A stretch of 32,000 nt of DNA from Synechococcus sp. A15-28 (GCF_014280175.1 NZ_CP047931.1:840001-872000), one strand, 5' to 3'; positions 9,234 through 19,363 are shown, counted from the first letter of the stretch. The notes: a model not told the origin generated them from the letters alone. Program-made: numbers and translations.

Positions 9234-11771
9234 ATGTTCGAACGTTTTACTGAGAAGGCCATCAAGGTGATCATGCTGGCCCAGGAAGAGGCTCGCAGGC
9301 TCGGTCACAACTTCGTTGGCACGGAGCAGATTCTTCTGGGTCTGATCGGAGAAGGCACTGGCGTCGCCGCCAAGGTTCTGAAGTCAATGGGTGTCAACCT
9401 CAAGGACGCCCGGGTTGAAGTGGAGAAGATCATCGGCCGTGGATCCGGCTTTGTGGCGGTCGAAATCCCCTTCACCCCACGAGCCAAGCGTGTGCTTGAG
9501 CTCTCTCTTGAGGAGGCTCGTCAGCTGGGGCACAACTACATCGGTACCGAGCATCTGCTGCTGGGTCTGATCCGGGAAGGTGAAGGTGTGGCCGCCCGCG
9601 TGCTCGAGAACCTGGGGGTTGATCTGGCCAAGGTCCGAACCCAGGTGATTCGCATGCTGGGTGAAACCGCTGAAGTCTCCGGCGGCGGCGGCGGTGGTGC
9701 GAAGGGTTCCACCAAAACGCCAACCCTTGATGAGTTCGGCAGCAACCTGACTCAGATGGCCACCGAAGCCAAGCTGGATCCGGTGGTCGGCCGTCACAAC
9801 GAGATTGATCGGGTCATCCAGATCCTGGGCCGCCGCACCAAGAACAACCCAGTGCTGATCGGCGAGCCTGGGGTGGGCAAAACGGCCATCGCTGAAGGCC
9901 TCGCGCAGCGCATTCAGCAGGGTGAAATTCCCGACATCCTTGAGGACAAGCGCGTTCTGACCCTTGACATCGGTCTCCTGGTCGCCGGTACCAAGTACCG
10001 CGGTGAGTTTGAGGAGCGACTCAAGAAAATCATGGAGGAGATCAAGTCCGCCGGGAACGTGATCCTGGTGATCGACGAGGTCCACACCCTCATCGGCGCT
10101 GGTGCTGCCGAAGGTGCCATTGATGCGGCCAACATCCTCAAGCCAGCTCTCGCCAGGGGTGAGTTGCAGTGCATCGGAGCCACCACTCTCGATGAATACC
10201 GCAAGCACATCGAACGAGACGCTGCTCTGGAACGTCGTTTTCAGCCCGTCACCGTTGGCGAGCCTTCCATCGATGACACCATCGAAATTCTGCGGGGCCT
10301 GCGCGAGCGCTATGAGCAGCACCATCGTCTCAAGATCACCGACGACGCCCTCATCGCAGCAGCAACCCTTGGCGATCGGTACATCTCCGACCGTTTCCTT
10401 CCCGACAAGGCCATTGACCTGATCGATGAGGCGGGTTCACGGGTGCGTCTGCTCAACTCCAAGCTTCCCCCCGAAGCCAAGGAGGTGGATAAGGAATTGC
10501 GCACCGTTCAGAAACAGAAAGAGGACGCTGTCCGCGACCAGGACTTCACCAAGGCCGGTGAACTGCGTGAAAAGGAGGTTGAGCTCCGCGATCAGATCCG
10601 TGCCCTGCTTCAGGCCAACCGCGGTGATGCGCCCACCGAAGCTCAGCCTGAAGCGGAAACCGCAGATGCAGCGCTATCAGACTCCGCGGAGTCGTCGCCG
10701 ATGGTGAACGAAGAGGACATCGCTCAGATTGTTGCCTCCTGGACCGGTGTTCCTGTTCAGAAACTCACCGAAAGCGAATCGGTCAAGCTCCTAAACATGG
10801 AGGAGACGCTTCATCAACGTCTGATCGGTCAGGACGAAGCGGTCAAAGCGGTGTCCAAGGCCATCCGCCGGGCTCGTGTCGGCCTGAAGAACCCCAATCG
10901 ACCCATTGCCAGCTTCATCTTCTCCGGTCCCACCGGCGTCGGTAAGACCGAGTTGACCAAGGCTCTAGCGACCTATTTCTTCGGCAGTGAGGAGGCGATG
11001 ATCCGCCTCGACATGTCGGAGTTCATGGAGCGCCACACGGTCAGCAAGCTGATCGGTTCTCCTCCGGGTTATGTCGGCTTCAACGAAGGAGGTCAGCTCA
11101 CCGAGGCTGTTCGCCGTCGTCCTTACACCGTGGTGCTCTTCGATGAAATCGAGAAGGCGCATCCCGATGTGTTCAACTTGCTGCTGCAGCTTCTGGAAGA
11201 TGGTCGTTTGACTGACTCCAAGGGCCGCACGGTCGACTTCAAGAACACCTTGGTGATCATGACCTCGAACATTGGTTCGAAAGTGATCGAGAAGGGTGGC
11301 GGTGGCCTCGGTTTCGAGTTCTCCGGTGAAAGTGCGGAGGAGTCGCAGTACACCCGGATCCGCTCTCTCGTGAACGAGGAGTTGAAGCAGTACTTCCGGC
11401 CTGAATTCCTCAACCGACTCGACGAAATCATCGTCTTCCGTCAGCTCAGTCGCGACGAGGTGAAGGAGATTGCCGAGATCATGTTGAAGGAGGTGTTCGG
11501 CCGGATGGGCGAGAAAGGCATCACCCTCACCGTTTCCGATGCGTTCAAGGAGCGCCTTGTGGAGGAGGGTTACAACCCGGCCTACGGAGCTCGTCCCCTG
11601 CGTCGCGCCGTGATGCGGTTGCTGGAGGACTCTCTGGCTGAGGAGGTGCTTTCCGGTCGGATCAAGGACGGGGATCATGCTGAGGTGGATGTCGATGACG
11701 ACAAGAAGGTCGTCGTTCGCCACAAGGGCCTGGCTGAGACCTCTCCCCAGCTGGCAGGTGCAGCTGTCTGA
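9234..11771 (+). CDS. clpC: ATP-dependent Clp protease ATP-binding subunit ClpC
   Basis: [41 protein letters not shown], two Clp_N repeats, Walker [10 protein letters not shown] and [12 protein letters not shown]-like segment, [18 protein letters not shown]. Confidence 0.98.
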   Translation: MFERFTEKAIKVIMLAQEEARRLGHNFVGTEQILLGLIGEGTGVAAKVLKSMGVNLKDARVEVEKIIGRGSGFVAVEIPFTPRAKRVLELSLEEARQLGHNYIGTEHLLLGLIREGEGVAARVLENLGVDLAKVRTQVIRMLGETAEVSGGGGGGAKGSTKTPTLDEFGSNLTQMATEAKLDPVVGRHNEIDRVIQILGRRTKNNPVLIGEPGVGKTAIAEGLAQRIQQGEIPDILEDKRVLTLDIGLLVAGTKYRGEFEERLKKIMEEIKSAGNVILVIDEVHTLIGAGAAEGAIDAANILKPALARGELQCIGATTLDEYRKHIERDAALERRFQPVTVGEPSIDDTIEILRGLRERYEQHHRLKITDDALIAAATLGDRYISDRFLPDKAIDLIDEAGSRVRLLNSKLPPEAKEVDKELRTVQKQKEDAVRDQDFTKAGELREKEVELRDQIRALLQANRGDAPTEAQPEAETADAALSDSAESSPMVNEEDIAQIVASWTGVPVQKLTESESVKLLNMEETLHQRLIGQDEAVKAVSKAIRRARVGLKNPNRPIASFIFSGPTGVGKTELTKALATYFFGSEEAMIRLDMSEFMERHTVSKLIGSPPGYVGFNEGGQLTEAVRRRPYTVVLFDEIEKAHPDVFNLLLQLLEDGRLTDSKGRTVDFKNTLVIMTSNIGSKVIEKGGGGLGFEFSGESAEESQYTRIRSLVNEELKQYFRPEFLNRLDEIIVFRQLSRDEVKEIAEIMLKEVFGRMGEKGITLTVSDAFKERLVEEGYNPAYGARPLRRAVMRLLEDSLAEEVLSGRIKDGDHAEVDVDDDKKVVVRHKGLAETSPQLAGAAV

Positions 11772-12871
11772 TGGTTCTGTCCATCTCCTCCCACGCCATC
11801 GCCCCTGCGGCGGTGTTGCGGGGGGAGGGTGCCTGGCAGGGGGCGTTGTCGAATATCAGTGCCCTTTGCTTCCGCCCTCTCCTGCTGGGTCGAAGCCGCG
11901 CCACATTCAGTCTCAGGGACGCTCTTGCCAGCGATCTCGTCGGGGCGGGCCTTGCCCCCCAACGGGCCGAGCTTCAGTTCGATTGCTGCGAAGACGACCT
12001 TCAGCGGCTCATGCACGAAGCCTCCGACTGTGATGCCGTCGTGGCTGCCGGTGGAGGCAAGGTTCTGGATGCCGGCAAGCTGCTGGCCCACCGGCTTGGG
12101 CTGCCATGCATCACCGTGCCCCTTAGTGCTGCCACCTGCGCAGGTTGGACGGCGCTCTCCAATGTGTATTCCACCCAAGGTGCCTTCCAGGGCGATGTGG
12201 CCTTGGAGCGCTGTCCTGAGTTGCTGGTGTTTGACCATAGCCTTGTTCGCCAGGCTCCCACTCGAACCCTGGCCAGCGGCATCGCCGATGCCCTGGCGAA
12301 GTGGTATGAGGCGTCGGTCAGCAGCAGCGACAGCAGTGATGGATTGGTGCAGCAGGCCGTGCAGATGGCCCGCGTGCTTCGGGATCAGTTGCTGATTGAT
12401 GGGCCTCTGGCCCTTCAGGATCCCAACAGTGCGGCCTGGGCCCGTACGGCAGAAGCCTGCGCCCTCACCGCCGGTGTGATGGGTGGATTGGGGGGTGCCC
12501 GTTGCCGCACCGTGGCGGCCCACGCCGTTCACAACGGCCTCACCCAGTTGCAGGCCTGCCACCACGTCCTTCATGGCGAGAAGGTCGGCTTCGGAATCCT
12601 GGTGCAGCTCCGCCTGGAAGAACGCCTTGGTGGCAACCGCCTGGCGGGGCAGGCGCACCGTCAGCTGCTGCCGCTGATGCGGCAGTTGCAGCTTCCCGTG
12701 AGCCTGGATGATCTCGGTTTGTCCGCCGCCAGCCTCAGTGACCTGCGGGAGGTGTGTGCTTTCGCCTGCCGCGAAGGTTCCGACCTGCACCACCTCCCGT
12801 TCGCCGTTACCCCTGGAGCGTTGCTGGAGGCGCTGGTGGGGGCCGCTGAACCCATCCCCGCTGTGCCTTGA
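11771..12871 (+). CDS. Iron-containing alcohol dehydrogenase / glycerol dehydrogenase-like family protein
   Basis: VVAAGGGKVLDAGKLLAHRLGLPCITVPLSAATCAGWTALSNVYS, metal ligand region SGIADALAKWYE, AHAVHNGLT and HHVLHGEKVGFG. Start overlaps the clpC stop. Confidence 0.87.
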   Translation: MVLSISSHAIAPAAVLRGEGAWQGALSNISALCFRPLLLGRSRATFSLRDALASDLVGAGLAPQRAELQFDCCEDDLQRLMHEASDCDAVVAAGGGKVLDAGKLLAHRLGLPCITVPLSAATCAGWTALSNVYSTQGAFQGDVALERCPELLVFDHSLVRQAPTRTLASGIADALAKWYEASVSSSDSSDGLVQQAVQMARVLRDQLLIDGPLALQDPNSAAWARTAEACALTAGVMGGLGGARCRTVAAHAVHNGLTQLQACHHVLHGEKVGFGILVQLRLEERLGGNRLAGQAHRQLLPLMRQLQLPVSLDDLGLSAASLSDLREVCAFACREGSDLHHLPFAVTPGALLEALVGAAEPIPAVP

Positions 12872-13731
12872 AGTCTCTGCTGGATGGTCTTGTTCCAGGG
12901 TTGCTGGACCCTCAGGCCAGGGCTCTGGCACTGGAGGTGGAATGGTGGCCGTTGCCGGATCTTGATGTTGATCAACCCTTCCCGGTCGCTGTTGTCGGAG
13001 AGGGCCCTCCCCTGTTGATGCTGCATGGATTTGACAGCAGCTTTCTGGAATATCGCCGCCTGGTGCCATTGCTCGCCGAGCGCTTCCAGCTGGTGATCCC
13101 TGATCTGTTCGGCTTCGGCTTTTCTCCGCGTCCGCCCCAGGCGTCCTACGGCCCTGAAGCCGTGTTGCGACATCTCGACGCTCTGCTGGCGCATTTGGAA
13201 GCGGATGGTCCGATCGATGCGATCGGAGCCTCCATGGGGGGAGCCGTTGCGGTGGAGCTGGCCCGACGCCAGCCCGAGAGGATCAAGGCGCTGTTGCTGT
13301 TGGCGCCTGCTGGCCTGACGGGGCGTCCCATGCCGGTTCCGCCTCTGCTGGATCGGCTCGGGGCCTGGTTTCTGTCCCGGCCTGGGGTGCGTCGCGGTCT
13401 GTGTCGTCAGGCGTTTGCGGATCCCGATGGTCAGGTGGGTCCACCGGAGGAGCAGATCGCATCGCTGCATCTCCAATGCCCGGGTTGGGCCGAAGCACTG
13501 GCTGCCTTTGCCCGCAGTGGTGGTTTCGCCGGATGCGGCGTGCCGTTGCCACCCCAGCCCTTGCATGTGATCTGGGGCGCTGACGACCGGATCCTGCGGG
13601 CACCGCTCAAGCGGGACGCTCAAACGTTGCTGCAGAACCCGGCGGAGACGTTTGAGGCCTGCGGCCATCTTCCCCATATCGATCAGCCTCAGCGGGTTGC
13701 TGACCGCTGCCTGGAACTGCTGGGTCGATGA
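12868..13731 (+). CDS. Alpha/beta-fold hydrolase
   Basis: LLMLHGFDSSFLEYRRLVPLLAERFQLVIPDLFGFGFS, nucleophile elbow IGASMGGAVA, VIWGADDRIL, and the GHLPHID catalytic His. TTG start. Confidence 0.9.
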   Translation: MKSLLDGLVPGLLDPQARALALEVEWWPLPDLDVDQPFPVAVVGEGPPLLMLHGFDSSFLEYRRLVPLLAERFQLVIPDLFGFGFSPRPPQASYGPEAVLRHLDALLAHLEADGPIDAIGASMGGAVAVELARRQPERIKALLLLAPAGLTGRPMPVPPLLDRLGAWFLSRPGVRRGLCRQAFADPDGQVGPPEEQIASLHLQCPGWAEALAAFARSGGFAGCGVPLPPQPLHVIWGADDRILRAPLKRDAQTLLQNPAETFEACGHLPHIDQPQRVADRCLELLGR

Positions 13732-14351
13732 GCGATCCCCTGCTTCAGCTGATTTCCACTGGTCTGCGGCTCTGGATCCGAAGTCGCTGCGACCAGGTGG
13801 GGGATCTGGACCTCACGCTGCAAGGGTCGTCCCTGGGTCTGATGCGGGGCCGGCTGCAGGGGGCGGTTCTGTCAGCACGGGATGTGCGCTTCGAAGGGTT
13901 GCCGCTGCAGCATGCCGAGATCAGCAGTGGACCGATTCAGGTGGATCTCACCTGGCTGCGTCCAGGCCGGATGCTGGCCCTGAAGGAGCCGTTCCAGGTG
14001 AGCGGCACGGTGTCGATGCCCGGTCAGCCCCTCGGCGATGCCCTGCTGTCGGAGCGTTGGCGTGAACTTGGGGATTGGCTTGCAGAGCAACTGATGGGTC
14101 TGAAGCCCCTGGGGCAACTGCGGATCGAAAACGATGAACTGGTGTTGAAGGCATCGGTTGCAGCGCAGCGGGACCCGATCCGCAAATGCTTTCGTCTGCG
14201 AGCCGAAGGGGGCACTGTGGTGCTGTCGGCCTCAGATTCCCCTAAGACCCGGGCGGTGTTGCCGATGGATCCTGCGATCAAGATCACCGATGCGAACTTG
14301 GGGGCAGGATTGTTGAACCTGAAGGGGCACGCAATCGTAACTCCGGAGTAA
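13728..14351 (+). CDS. DUF2993 domain-containing protein (LmeA-like phospholipid-binding family)
   Basis: DLDLTLQGSSLGLMRGRLQGAVLSARDVRFEGLPLQHAEISSGPIQVDLT...LKEPFQVSGTVSMP pattern typical of cyanobacterial DUF2993 proteins; ATGA overlap with the upstream gene. Confidence 0.8.
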   Translation: MSDPLLQLISTGLRLWIRSRCDQVGDLDLTLQGSSLGLMRGRLQGAVLSARDVRFEGLPLQHAEISSGPIQVDLTWLRPGRMLALKEPFQVSGTVSMPGQPLGDALLSERWRELGDWLAEQLMGLKPLGQLRIENDELVLKASVAAQRDPIRKCFRLRAEGGTVVLSASDSPKTRAVLPMDPAIKITDANLGAGLLNLKGHAIVTPE

Positions 14352-14372
14352 CGATATATTTTCTGAATCGTG

Positions 14373-15284
14373 CTAGCCGACGTTGATCAGCGGTTGGGCA
14401 AGGGTCAGTAGTGCGAACAGGACGGCCGGGGTCAGCAGATAGCTGTCAATGCGATCCAGGATCCCGCCATGGCCAGGCAGCACGTCTCCGGAGTCCTTCA
14501 GTCCGGCATCGCGTTTCATCATCGATTCGGTGAGATCTCCCACCAGGGCGATCAGGGCCACCACTGCGCCGACGCCCACCCCTGGCAATCCCCAGAGTGG
14601 CCATCCCATCACCCGCGCGCAGATCAGGCCGACGGCCATGGCGCATCCGAAGCCTCCGAGAGCGCCTTCCACTGTTTTCGAGGGTGAGATCGGTGACAGG
14701 GGAGTGCGGCCGTAACGCTTGCCGAACGCCCATGAACCGATGTCGCTGGCCACGATCATCAGGCAGCTCGACAGGGTGATGGCCAGCCCGCTGCTGCACA
14801 GTGCGGCTGTTCCAGGAGCCAGGGCTGGATCGGAAAGGTTGCGCAGGGCCAGCCAATGGCTGGGCAGAAAACCCAGATAGAACAACCCGAAGATCGAGGC
14901 GGCAATGTCGGCGATCGATCCGGTCACCGGCTGCAGCAGCAGCCAGGCGCAGATCGCGGTGCCCGCCAGGGGCAGCACGGCAGCCGACAGCGCTTCTGGC
15001 CAGCCGCTCTGAACAGCCGCCCACTGGGTGGTGATCAGCAGAAGCTGGCAGGCCACCAGGGTTGTCTTGGTGGCAGGGCGGATCCCTTTGAACTGAGCCA
15101 TGCGGAAGAACTCCAGCAGGCCCAGATGCACGATCACACCGACCCCGAGCGTGAGCCACCAGCCCCCCAGCAGAACCACCAAGGCTCCGAAGCCGCCGAT
15201 GGCCAAGCCACTGCGAAGACGCTTGCGCAGGCTCTGGGCGGCACGCATTGACGGAATGGAAGGGGACAAGACCTCTCTGATCAC
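14373..15284 (-). CDS. cdsA: Phosphatidate cytidylyltransferase (start may be the internal Met at 15248)
   Basis: Multi-TM protein with the C-terminal signature SDIGSWAFGKRYGRTPLSPISPSKTVEGALGG...GDLTESMMKRDAGLKDSGDVLPGHGGILDRIDSYLLTPAVLF. Confidence 0.96.
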   Translation of the reverse strand: MIREVLSPSIPSMRAAQSLRKRLRSGLAIGGFGALVVLLGGWWLTLGVGVIVHLGLLEFFRMAQFKGIRPATKTTLVACQLLLITTQWAAVQSGWPEALSAAVLPLAGTAICAWLLLQPVTGSIADIAASIFGLFYLGFLPSHWLALRNLSDPALAPGTAALCSSGLAITLSSCLMIVASDIGSWAFGKRYGRTPLSPISPSKTVEGALGGFGCAMAVGLICARVMGWPLWGLPGVGVGAVVALIALVGDLTESMMKRDAGLKDSGDVLPGHGGILDRIDSYLLTPAVLFALLTLAQPLINVG

Positions 15285-15324
15285 ACTGGCTGGAGGACCT
15301 GCGGAATCAGGCTAAACAATGGCC

Positions 15325-15750
15325 TCAGGGAAGGATCTCCAGACGCACGGAGATCTCGCCGGCTCGCATCATCCGCAGCTCACTGGCCGCCCCATGGGCC
15401 AGGTCGATCACCCTGTGATACCGAAACGGTCCACGGTCATTGATCCGCACCACGACGCTGCGGCCGTTGTCGAGATTGGTGACCCGCACCCGGGTCCCGA
15501 AGGGGAGGGTCCGATGAGCTGCGGTGAAGGTGCCCTTGCGCAACCGCTCACCACTTGCGGTCTGGCGACCGTAAAAGCCAGGCCCATACCAACTGGCAGC
15601 ACCGTTGACCACCCGCAGCAACCGCGGCGTCGCCGCTGGTCTTGGGACCCTTAAGGGCTCAACGGCGTCTTCGACCTGAAACTCCTCAGCGCTGGGACTG
15701 CTCCAGGCTGGAGCAGGAGTGAGCAACAGGATCAGGGCCAGGAGGGGCAT
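15325..15750 (-). CDS. rlpA: Septal ring lytic transglycosylase RlpA-like (rare lipoprotein A, double-psi beta-barrel)
   Basis: ASWYGPGFYGRQTASGERLRKGTFTAAHRTLPFGTRVRVTNLDNGRSVVVRINDRGPFRYHRVIDLAHGAASEL. Start set at the internal Met with signal peptide MPLLALILLLTPAPAWSSP. Confidence 0.92.
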   Translation of the reverse strand: MPLLALILLLTPAPAWSSPSAEEFQVEDAVEPLRVPRPAATPRLLRVVNGAASWYGPGFYGRQTASGERLRKGTFTAAHRTLPFGTRVRVTNLDNGRSVVVRINDRGPFRYHRVIDLAHGAASELRMMRAGEISVRLEILP

Positions 15751-15773
15751 GCCAAGGCCATGGCTGATCCGAT

Positions 15774-17180
15774 TCAAGCGACCTTGGCCAGGACGGCAAG
15801 ACTGCCTGGAATCTGATCCCCCCAGAGCTTGCGTTGCTCCAGCAACCAGCGCAGCCGAGCCCCATCGAGCCGCTCCCCTGGCACCAGCAGTGGAATACCA
15901 GGGGGGTAGGGACAGAGCAGATCCGCTGCAATGGTGTTTTCCGCCTGCTCCAGCAGGCAGAGGCGATGGGGTGCCCGCCATGCTTCGGCGACAGCGATTT
16001 CCGGTTGCGCCACCAGCGGCAGGGGTGATGGCGACAGGGGCGGTTGAGGTCTGCGGCCTGGATGAGCCTTCAGCAGCTGCTGCCAGGCACGGCGCAATGG
16101 CCGGCGCAGTCCTCGCTGGTCGCCAAGCCCGAGGCAGAAGGTGAGTGTCGCGGGCTCCGGCAGTTCCGCCACCAGTCCCCTAGGCAGAAGCCAGTCGTCG
16201 GCATCGAGACCGTTGATGCCGGCCTGCCCCGTTTGCAGCACCAGCCGAAGCGGGTCTTCCGTTGTCAGCAAGGGCAGCCCATCGCGGCGCAGCTGGTCCC
16301 GCAGGGTCCGGGCCTGGATCAGGCGCTGACCCAGCTGTCGGCGTCCCGCCGGGCCGTGCCAGTGCAACAGCGCCGCTTCACAGGAGGCCAGCAGCAGAGC
16401 GCTGGGGCTGGTGGTCTGCAGCCAGCCCAGGCTGCGCTCCAGCGCAGTTGTGTCCACACGCTCCCCCTGCTGCCAGAGCACGGCGGTCTGCGCCAATCCC
16501 GTCGCTGATTTCTGCAGGGAATGCACCACCAGATCCGCCCCTCCCCGCAGGGCACTCGGCGGCAGCTCCGGATCCACCTCTGCAGCGAAATGGCTGCCGT
16601 GGGCCTCATCCACCAGCACGGGCCAGCCCTTTTGCTGCAGGCGCTGAATCAGCGGTGCGGGGTCCAGCCCATAGCCCTGATAGGTGGGATGCACCAGCAC
16701 AGCCGCACTGATCGGCGGATGCTCGGCAGGAAGGGCCGCAAGGACCCTCTCGATCCAGGCTGCATCGGCCGGAGCAGGGTGACCGCGGTCGTGCAGGTGG
16801 GGCAGATCGAACAGAAGGGGCGTCAGCTGTCCGAGCAGGCAGGCCTGAATCAGGCTGCGGTGGGCGTTGCGAGGCATCAACACCGCCTCCCCTGGGCGGC
16901 TGATGCCCAACAGGGCCGCCTGCAACAGCCCCGTGGCGCCGTTGACGCCGTACCAGCAGCGGTTGACCCCCATCGCATCCGCCGCGGAACGCTGGCTGTC
17001 GGCCACAGCTCCTTCGCTCTCCAGCGGGCCTCCCAGCGCCGGTAGTTCCGGCAGATCCCACAGACCCGCCCGACGCTGCAGCAACCGCCGCATCGCCGGC
17101 GGCAGGGCAGCGCCGCGCCCATGGGCGGGAAGAAACAGGGGCCGACCGACGTCTCGATGCAGCAGAGGCAGCAGGGCCAT
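15774..17180 (-). CDS. PLP-dependent Orn/Lys/Arg decarboxylase-like protein (aminotransferase class I/II fold)
   Basis: GRPLFLPAHGRG, WYGVNGATGLLQAALLGISRPGEAVLMPRNAHRSLIQACLL, VLVHPTYQGYGLD, VLVDEAHGSHF, VVHSLQKSATGLAQTAVL (PLP lysine), PPGIPLLVPGERL. Confidence 0.92.
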   Translation of the reverse strand: MALLPLLHRDVGRPLFLPAHGRGAALPPAMRRLLQRRAGLWDLPELPALGGPLESEGAVADSQRSAADAMGVNRCWYGVNGATGLLQAALLGISRPGEAVLMPRNAHRSLIQACLLGQLTPLLFDLPHLHDRGHPAPADAAWIERVLAALPAEHPPISAAVLVHPTYQGYGLDPAPLIQRLQQKGWPVLVDEAHGSHFAAEVDPELPPSALRGGADLVVHSLQKSATGLAQTAVLWQQGERVDTTALERSLGWLQTTSPSALLLASCEAALLHWHGPAGRRQLGQRLIQARTLRDQLRRDGLPLLTTEDPLRLVLQTGQAGINGLDADDWLLPRGLVAELPEPATLTFCLGLGDQRGLRRPLRRAWQQLLKAHPGRRPQPPLSPSPLPLVAQPEIAVAEAWRAPHRLCLLEQAENTIAADLLCPYPPGIPLLVPGERLDGARLRWLLEQRKLWGDQIPGSLAVLAKVA

Positions 17181-17209
17181 GGGATCCAGTGGGATCTCCT
17201 TAGAGTCTG

Positions 17210-18880
17210 ATGCTGTTCAAGGCAGTGGCGATGCGATACGACCCCAGCCGCGATCTGCGCTGGTTGCTGCTGCGTCCGTGGATTGCCATTCCTCGGCTGA
17301 TTCAGGTGTTGTGGTCCCTTGGGGGCCTTGTGTTGGTGCTGCTGCTGCAGGGCGGCAGTTCGGAATCAGGGGTGCAGCAAACGTTGGCCCGTCGCATCCT
17401 CAACACCCTCACCGGGCTGGGTCCCTGTTTCATCAAGGTGGGTCAGGCCCTGTCCACCCGTCCTGATCTCGTGCGCCGGGACTGGCTGGATGAACTGACC
17501 CGCCTGCAGGACGACCTTCCCGCCTTTCCCCATGCCTTGGCCCTGGAGCGGATTGAGCAGGAGCTCGGTGCCCCGGCCCATGAGTTGTTTGCTGAGTTTC
17601 CCGACGCTCCGATCGCGGCCGCCAGCCTTGGACAGGTCTACAAGGCACGCCTGGAGGGGAATGCCTGGGTTGCCGTCAAGGTCCAACGCCCCAACCTCAC
17701 CTTCATCCTGCGCCGGGACCTGGTGCTGATCCGTCTGCTCGGTGTGCTCACCGCACCCCTGCTGCCGCTCAATCTCGGCTTCGGTCTCGGGGGCATCATC
17801 GATGAGTTCGGTCGCAGCCTGTTCGAGGAAATCGACTACGTCCAGGAGGCTGACAACGCTGAACGCTTCGCCAGCCTCTTTGCCGAGAACGACACGGTTT
17901 ACGTTCCACGGGTGGAGCGGATGCTCAGTTCCACCCGGGTGCTGACCACCACCTGGATCGACGGCGCCAAGATGCGCGATAGCGAGGAACTGCAGGCGCT
18001 CAGACTCGATCCGGCAGCACTGATCCGCACCGGGGTGATTTGCGGCCTGCAGCAATTGCTGGAGTTCGGCTATTTCCACGCCGATCCTCATCCCGGCAAC
18101 CTCTTCGCTCTGCAGGGCCGCAGCGGCGACCTGGGCCATGTCGGCTACGTGGACTTCGGGATGATGGATTCGATCAGCGACAGCGATCGGCTGACGCTCA
18201 CCGGTGCCGTCGTTCATCTGATCAACCGCGACTTCGTTGGCCTGGCTGAGGATTTTCAGAACCTCGGCTTCCTCAGCCCCACTTCAGATCTCACGCCGAT
18301 CGTGCCGGCCCTGGAGGAGGTGCTTGGCGGCAGCCTTGGCGATTCCGTTGGCTCGTTCAATTTCAAGGCGATCACCGACCGCTTTTCAGAGTTGATGTTC
18401 GACTACCCCTTCCGGGTGCCGGCACGCTTCGCTCTGATCATCCGGGCGGTGGTCAGTCAGGAGGGGCTGGCCCTGCGCCTCGATCCAAATTTCCGCATCA
18501 TCGCCGTGGCCTACCCCTATGTGGCCCGTCGCCTGCTGGCGGGCGACACCAGTGAGATGCGCGAGAAGCTGCTGGAGGTGATCTTTGATGCGGATGGACG
18601 TCTCTGCCTGGATCGATTGGAAAACCTCCTCGCGGTGGTCGGCCAGGACGCTCCGGCTCCTGGTAAGGAACTGCTCCCGGTGGCCGGGGCCGGCATGCGC
18701 CTGTTGCTGAGCCGGGATGGTGCTGATCTGCGCAAGCGTCTTTTGCTCACCTTGATCCGCGACGACCGGTTGCACATCGACGACGTTCGTGCGCTGATGG
18801 GACTGCTGGCCCGTACATTCGGCCCTGGGCGGATCGCGGGTGGTCTGTTGCAGCGACTCAATCCCCTCGCAGCCGCTTGA
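17210..18880 (+). CDS. AarF/UbiB (ABC1) family atypical kinase
   Basis: GPCFIKVGQALSTRPDLVRRDWLDELTRLQDDLP, APIAAASLGQVYKARLEGNAWVAVKVQRP, EIDYVQEADNAERF, VLTTTWIDGAKM, GYFHADPHPGNLFAL, GHVGYVDFGMM. Confidence 0.95.
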   Translation: MLFKAVAMRYDPSRDLRWLLLRPWIAIPRLIQVLWSLGGLVLVLLLQGGSSESGVQQTLARRILNTLTGLGPCFIKVGQALSTRPDLVRRDWLDELTRLQDDLPAFPHALALERIEQELGAPAHELFAEFPDAPIAAASLGQVYKARLEGNAWVAVKVQRPNLTFILRRDLVLIRLLGVLTAPLLPLNLGFGLGGIIDEFGRSLFEEIDYVQEADNAERFASLFAENDTVYVPRVERMLSSTRVLTTTWIDGAKMRDSEELQALRLDPAALIRTGVICGLQQLLEFGYFHADPHPGNLFALQGRSGDLGHVGYVDFGMMDSISDSDRLTLTGAVVHLINRDFVGLAEDFQNLGFLSPTSDLTPIVPALEEVLGGSLGDSVGSFNFKAITDRFSELMFDYPFRVPARFALIIRAVVSQEGLALRLDPNFRIIAVAYPYVARRLLAGDTSEMREKLLEVIFDADGRLCLDRLENLLAVVGQDAPAPGKELLPVAGAGMRLLLSRDGADLRKRLLLTLIRDDRLHIDDVRALMGLLARTFGPGRIAGGLLQRLNPLAAA

Positions 18881-18925
18881 TCAGTTGCCGCTAGGGTCAC
18901 CCCTCCAAATCTGTCTGAGGCGTCG

Positions 18926-19345
18926 ATGCCCGAGGAGATCACCGCGGAGCAGCTCGAGATGCTGCTGCAGCTGGCCGTGTTGCCCCAGCCTCCCTATCTG
19001 ATGGCCGGCGTTGGGCTGTTGATGGGTGTGCTTTGTGGTCTGACCTTTGGCCGCCAGGTGCAGGACAAGCTCGATGGCTGGAAGCAGGATCGTCTGCCGC
19101 TCCTTCCCCTGGCCACAGCGGAGATCAGCCTCAGCTTTACGGGGATCCTGATCGGGATCACCTTGTTCATCGGCTGCTGTCTGCAGATCTTCGGCTTCGC
19201 CGCGGGTGTGGCCCTGCTGGTGGCCCTGCTGCTGTCTCTGCTGACGGGTGGGGCACTGTTCGCTCAGCTGGAGCGGTTGATGCTGCAGGTGGAGAGCGGC
19301 AACTTCAAGGCCGTGGACTTCGACAACTTCGATGAATTCTTCTGA
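18926..19345 (+). CDS. Hypothetical membrane protein (two hydrophobic regions)
   Basis: 139-aa ORF MPEEITAEQLEMLLQLAVLPQPPYLMAGVGLLMGVLCGL...LLVALLLSLLTGGALFAQLERLMLQVES with credible coding composition, between two well-supported genes. Confidence 0.75.
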   Translation: MPEEITAEQLEMLLQLAVLPQPPYLMAGVGLLMGVLCGLTFGRQVQDKLDGWKQDRLPLLPLATAEISLSFTGILIGITLFIGCCLQIFGFAAGVALLVALLLSLLTGGALFAQLERLMLQVESGNFKAVDFDNFDEFF

Positions 19346-19363
19346 TTCACCTTGTTGGTGAAT
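19345..19363 (+). promoter_or_regulatory. Stem-loop ATTCACC-TTGTT-GGTGAAT starting at the stop codon of the 18926-19345 gene
   Basis: Perfect 7-bp inverted repeat with 5-nt loop, no T-tract following. Confidence 0.45.

Noticed and set aside
9014-9253. Plus-strand ORF spanning the clpC leader
   Set aside because: Starts inside rimI and ends inside clpC; low-complexity translation across the AT-rich leader, no homology signature.
9384-10325. Long minus-strand ORF (313 aa) inside clpC
   Set aside because: Antisense to a highly conserved ClpC coding region; a codon-structure shadow at high GC.
10965-11723. Minus-strand 252-aa ORF inside clpC
   Set aside because: Same shadow-frame reasoning; its sequence is the mirror of conserved AAA+ codons.
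11675-13069. Minus-strand 464-aa ORF opposite the dehydrogenase-like gene
   Set aside because: Gln/His/Gly-rich antisense translation without motifs; the plus strand encodes a recognisable iron-ADH family protein.
12661-13677. Minus-strand 338-aa ORF opposite the hydrolase
   Set aside because: Arg/Gln/Ala-rich shadow of the alpha/beta hydrolase coding sequence.
14352-14372. Possible terminator ACGAT...ATCGT between DUF2993 and cdsA
   Set aside because: Only a 5-bp stem with an 11-nt AT-rich loop in a 21-bp convergent gap; too weak to call.
17366-18217. Minus-strand 283-aa ORF within the ABC1 kinase
   Set aside because: Antisense to conserved UbiB motifs.
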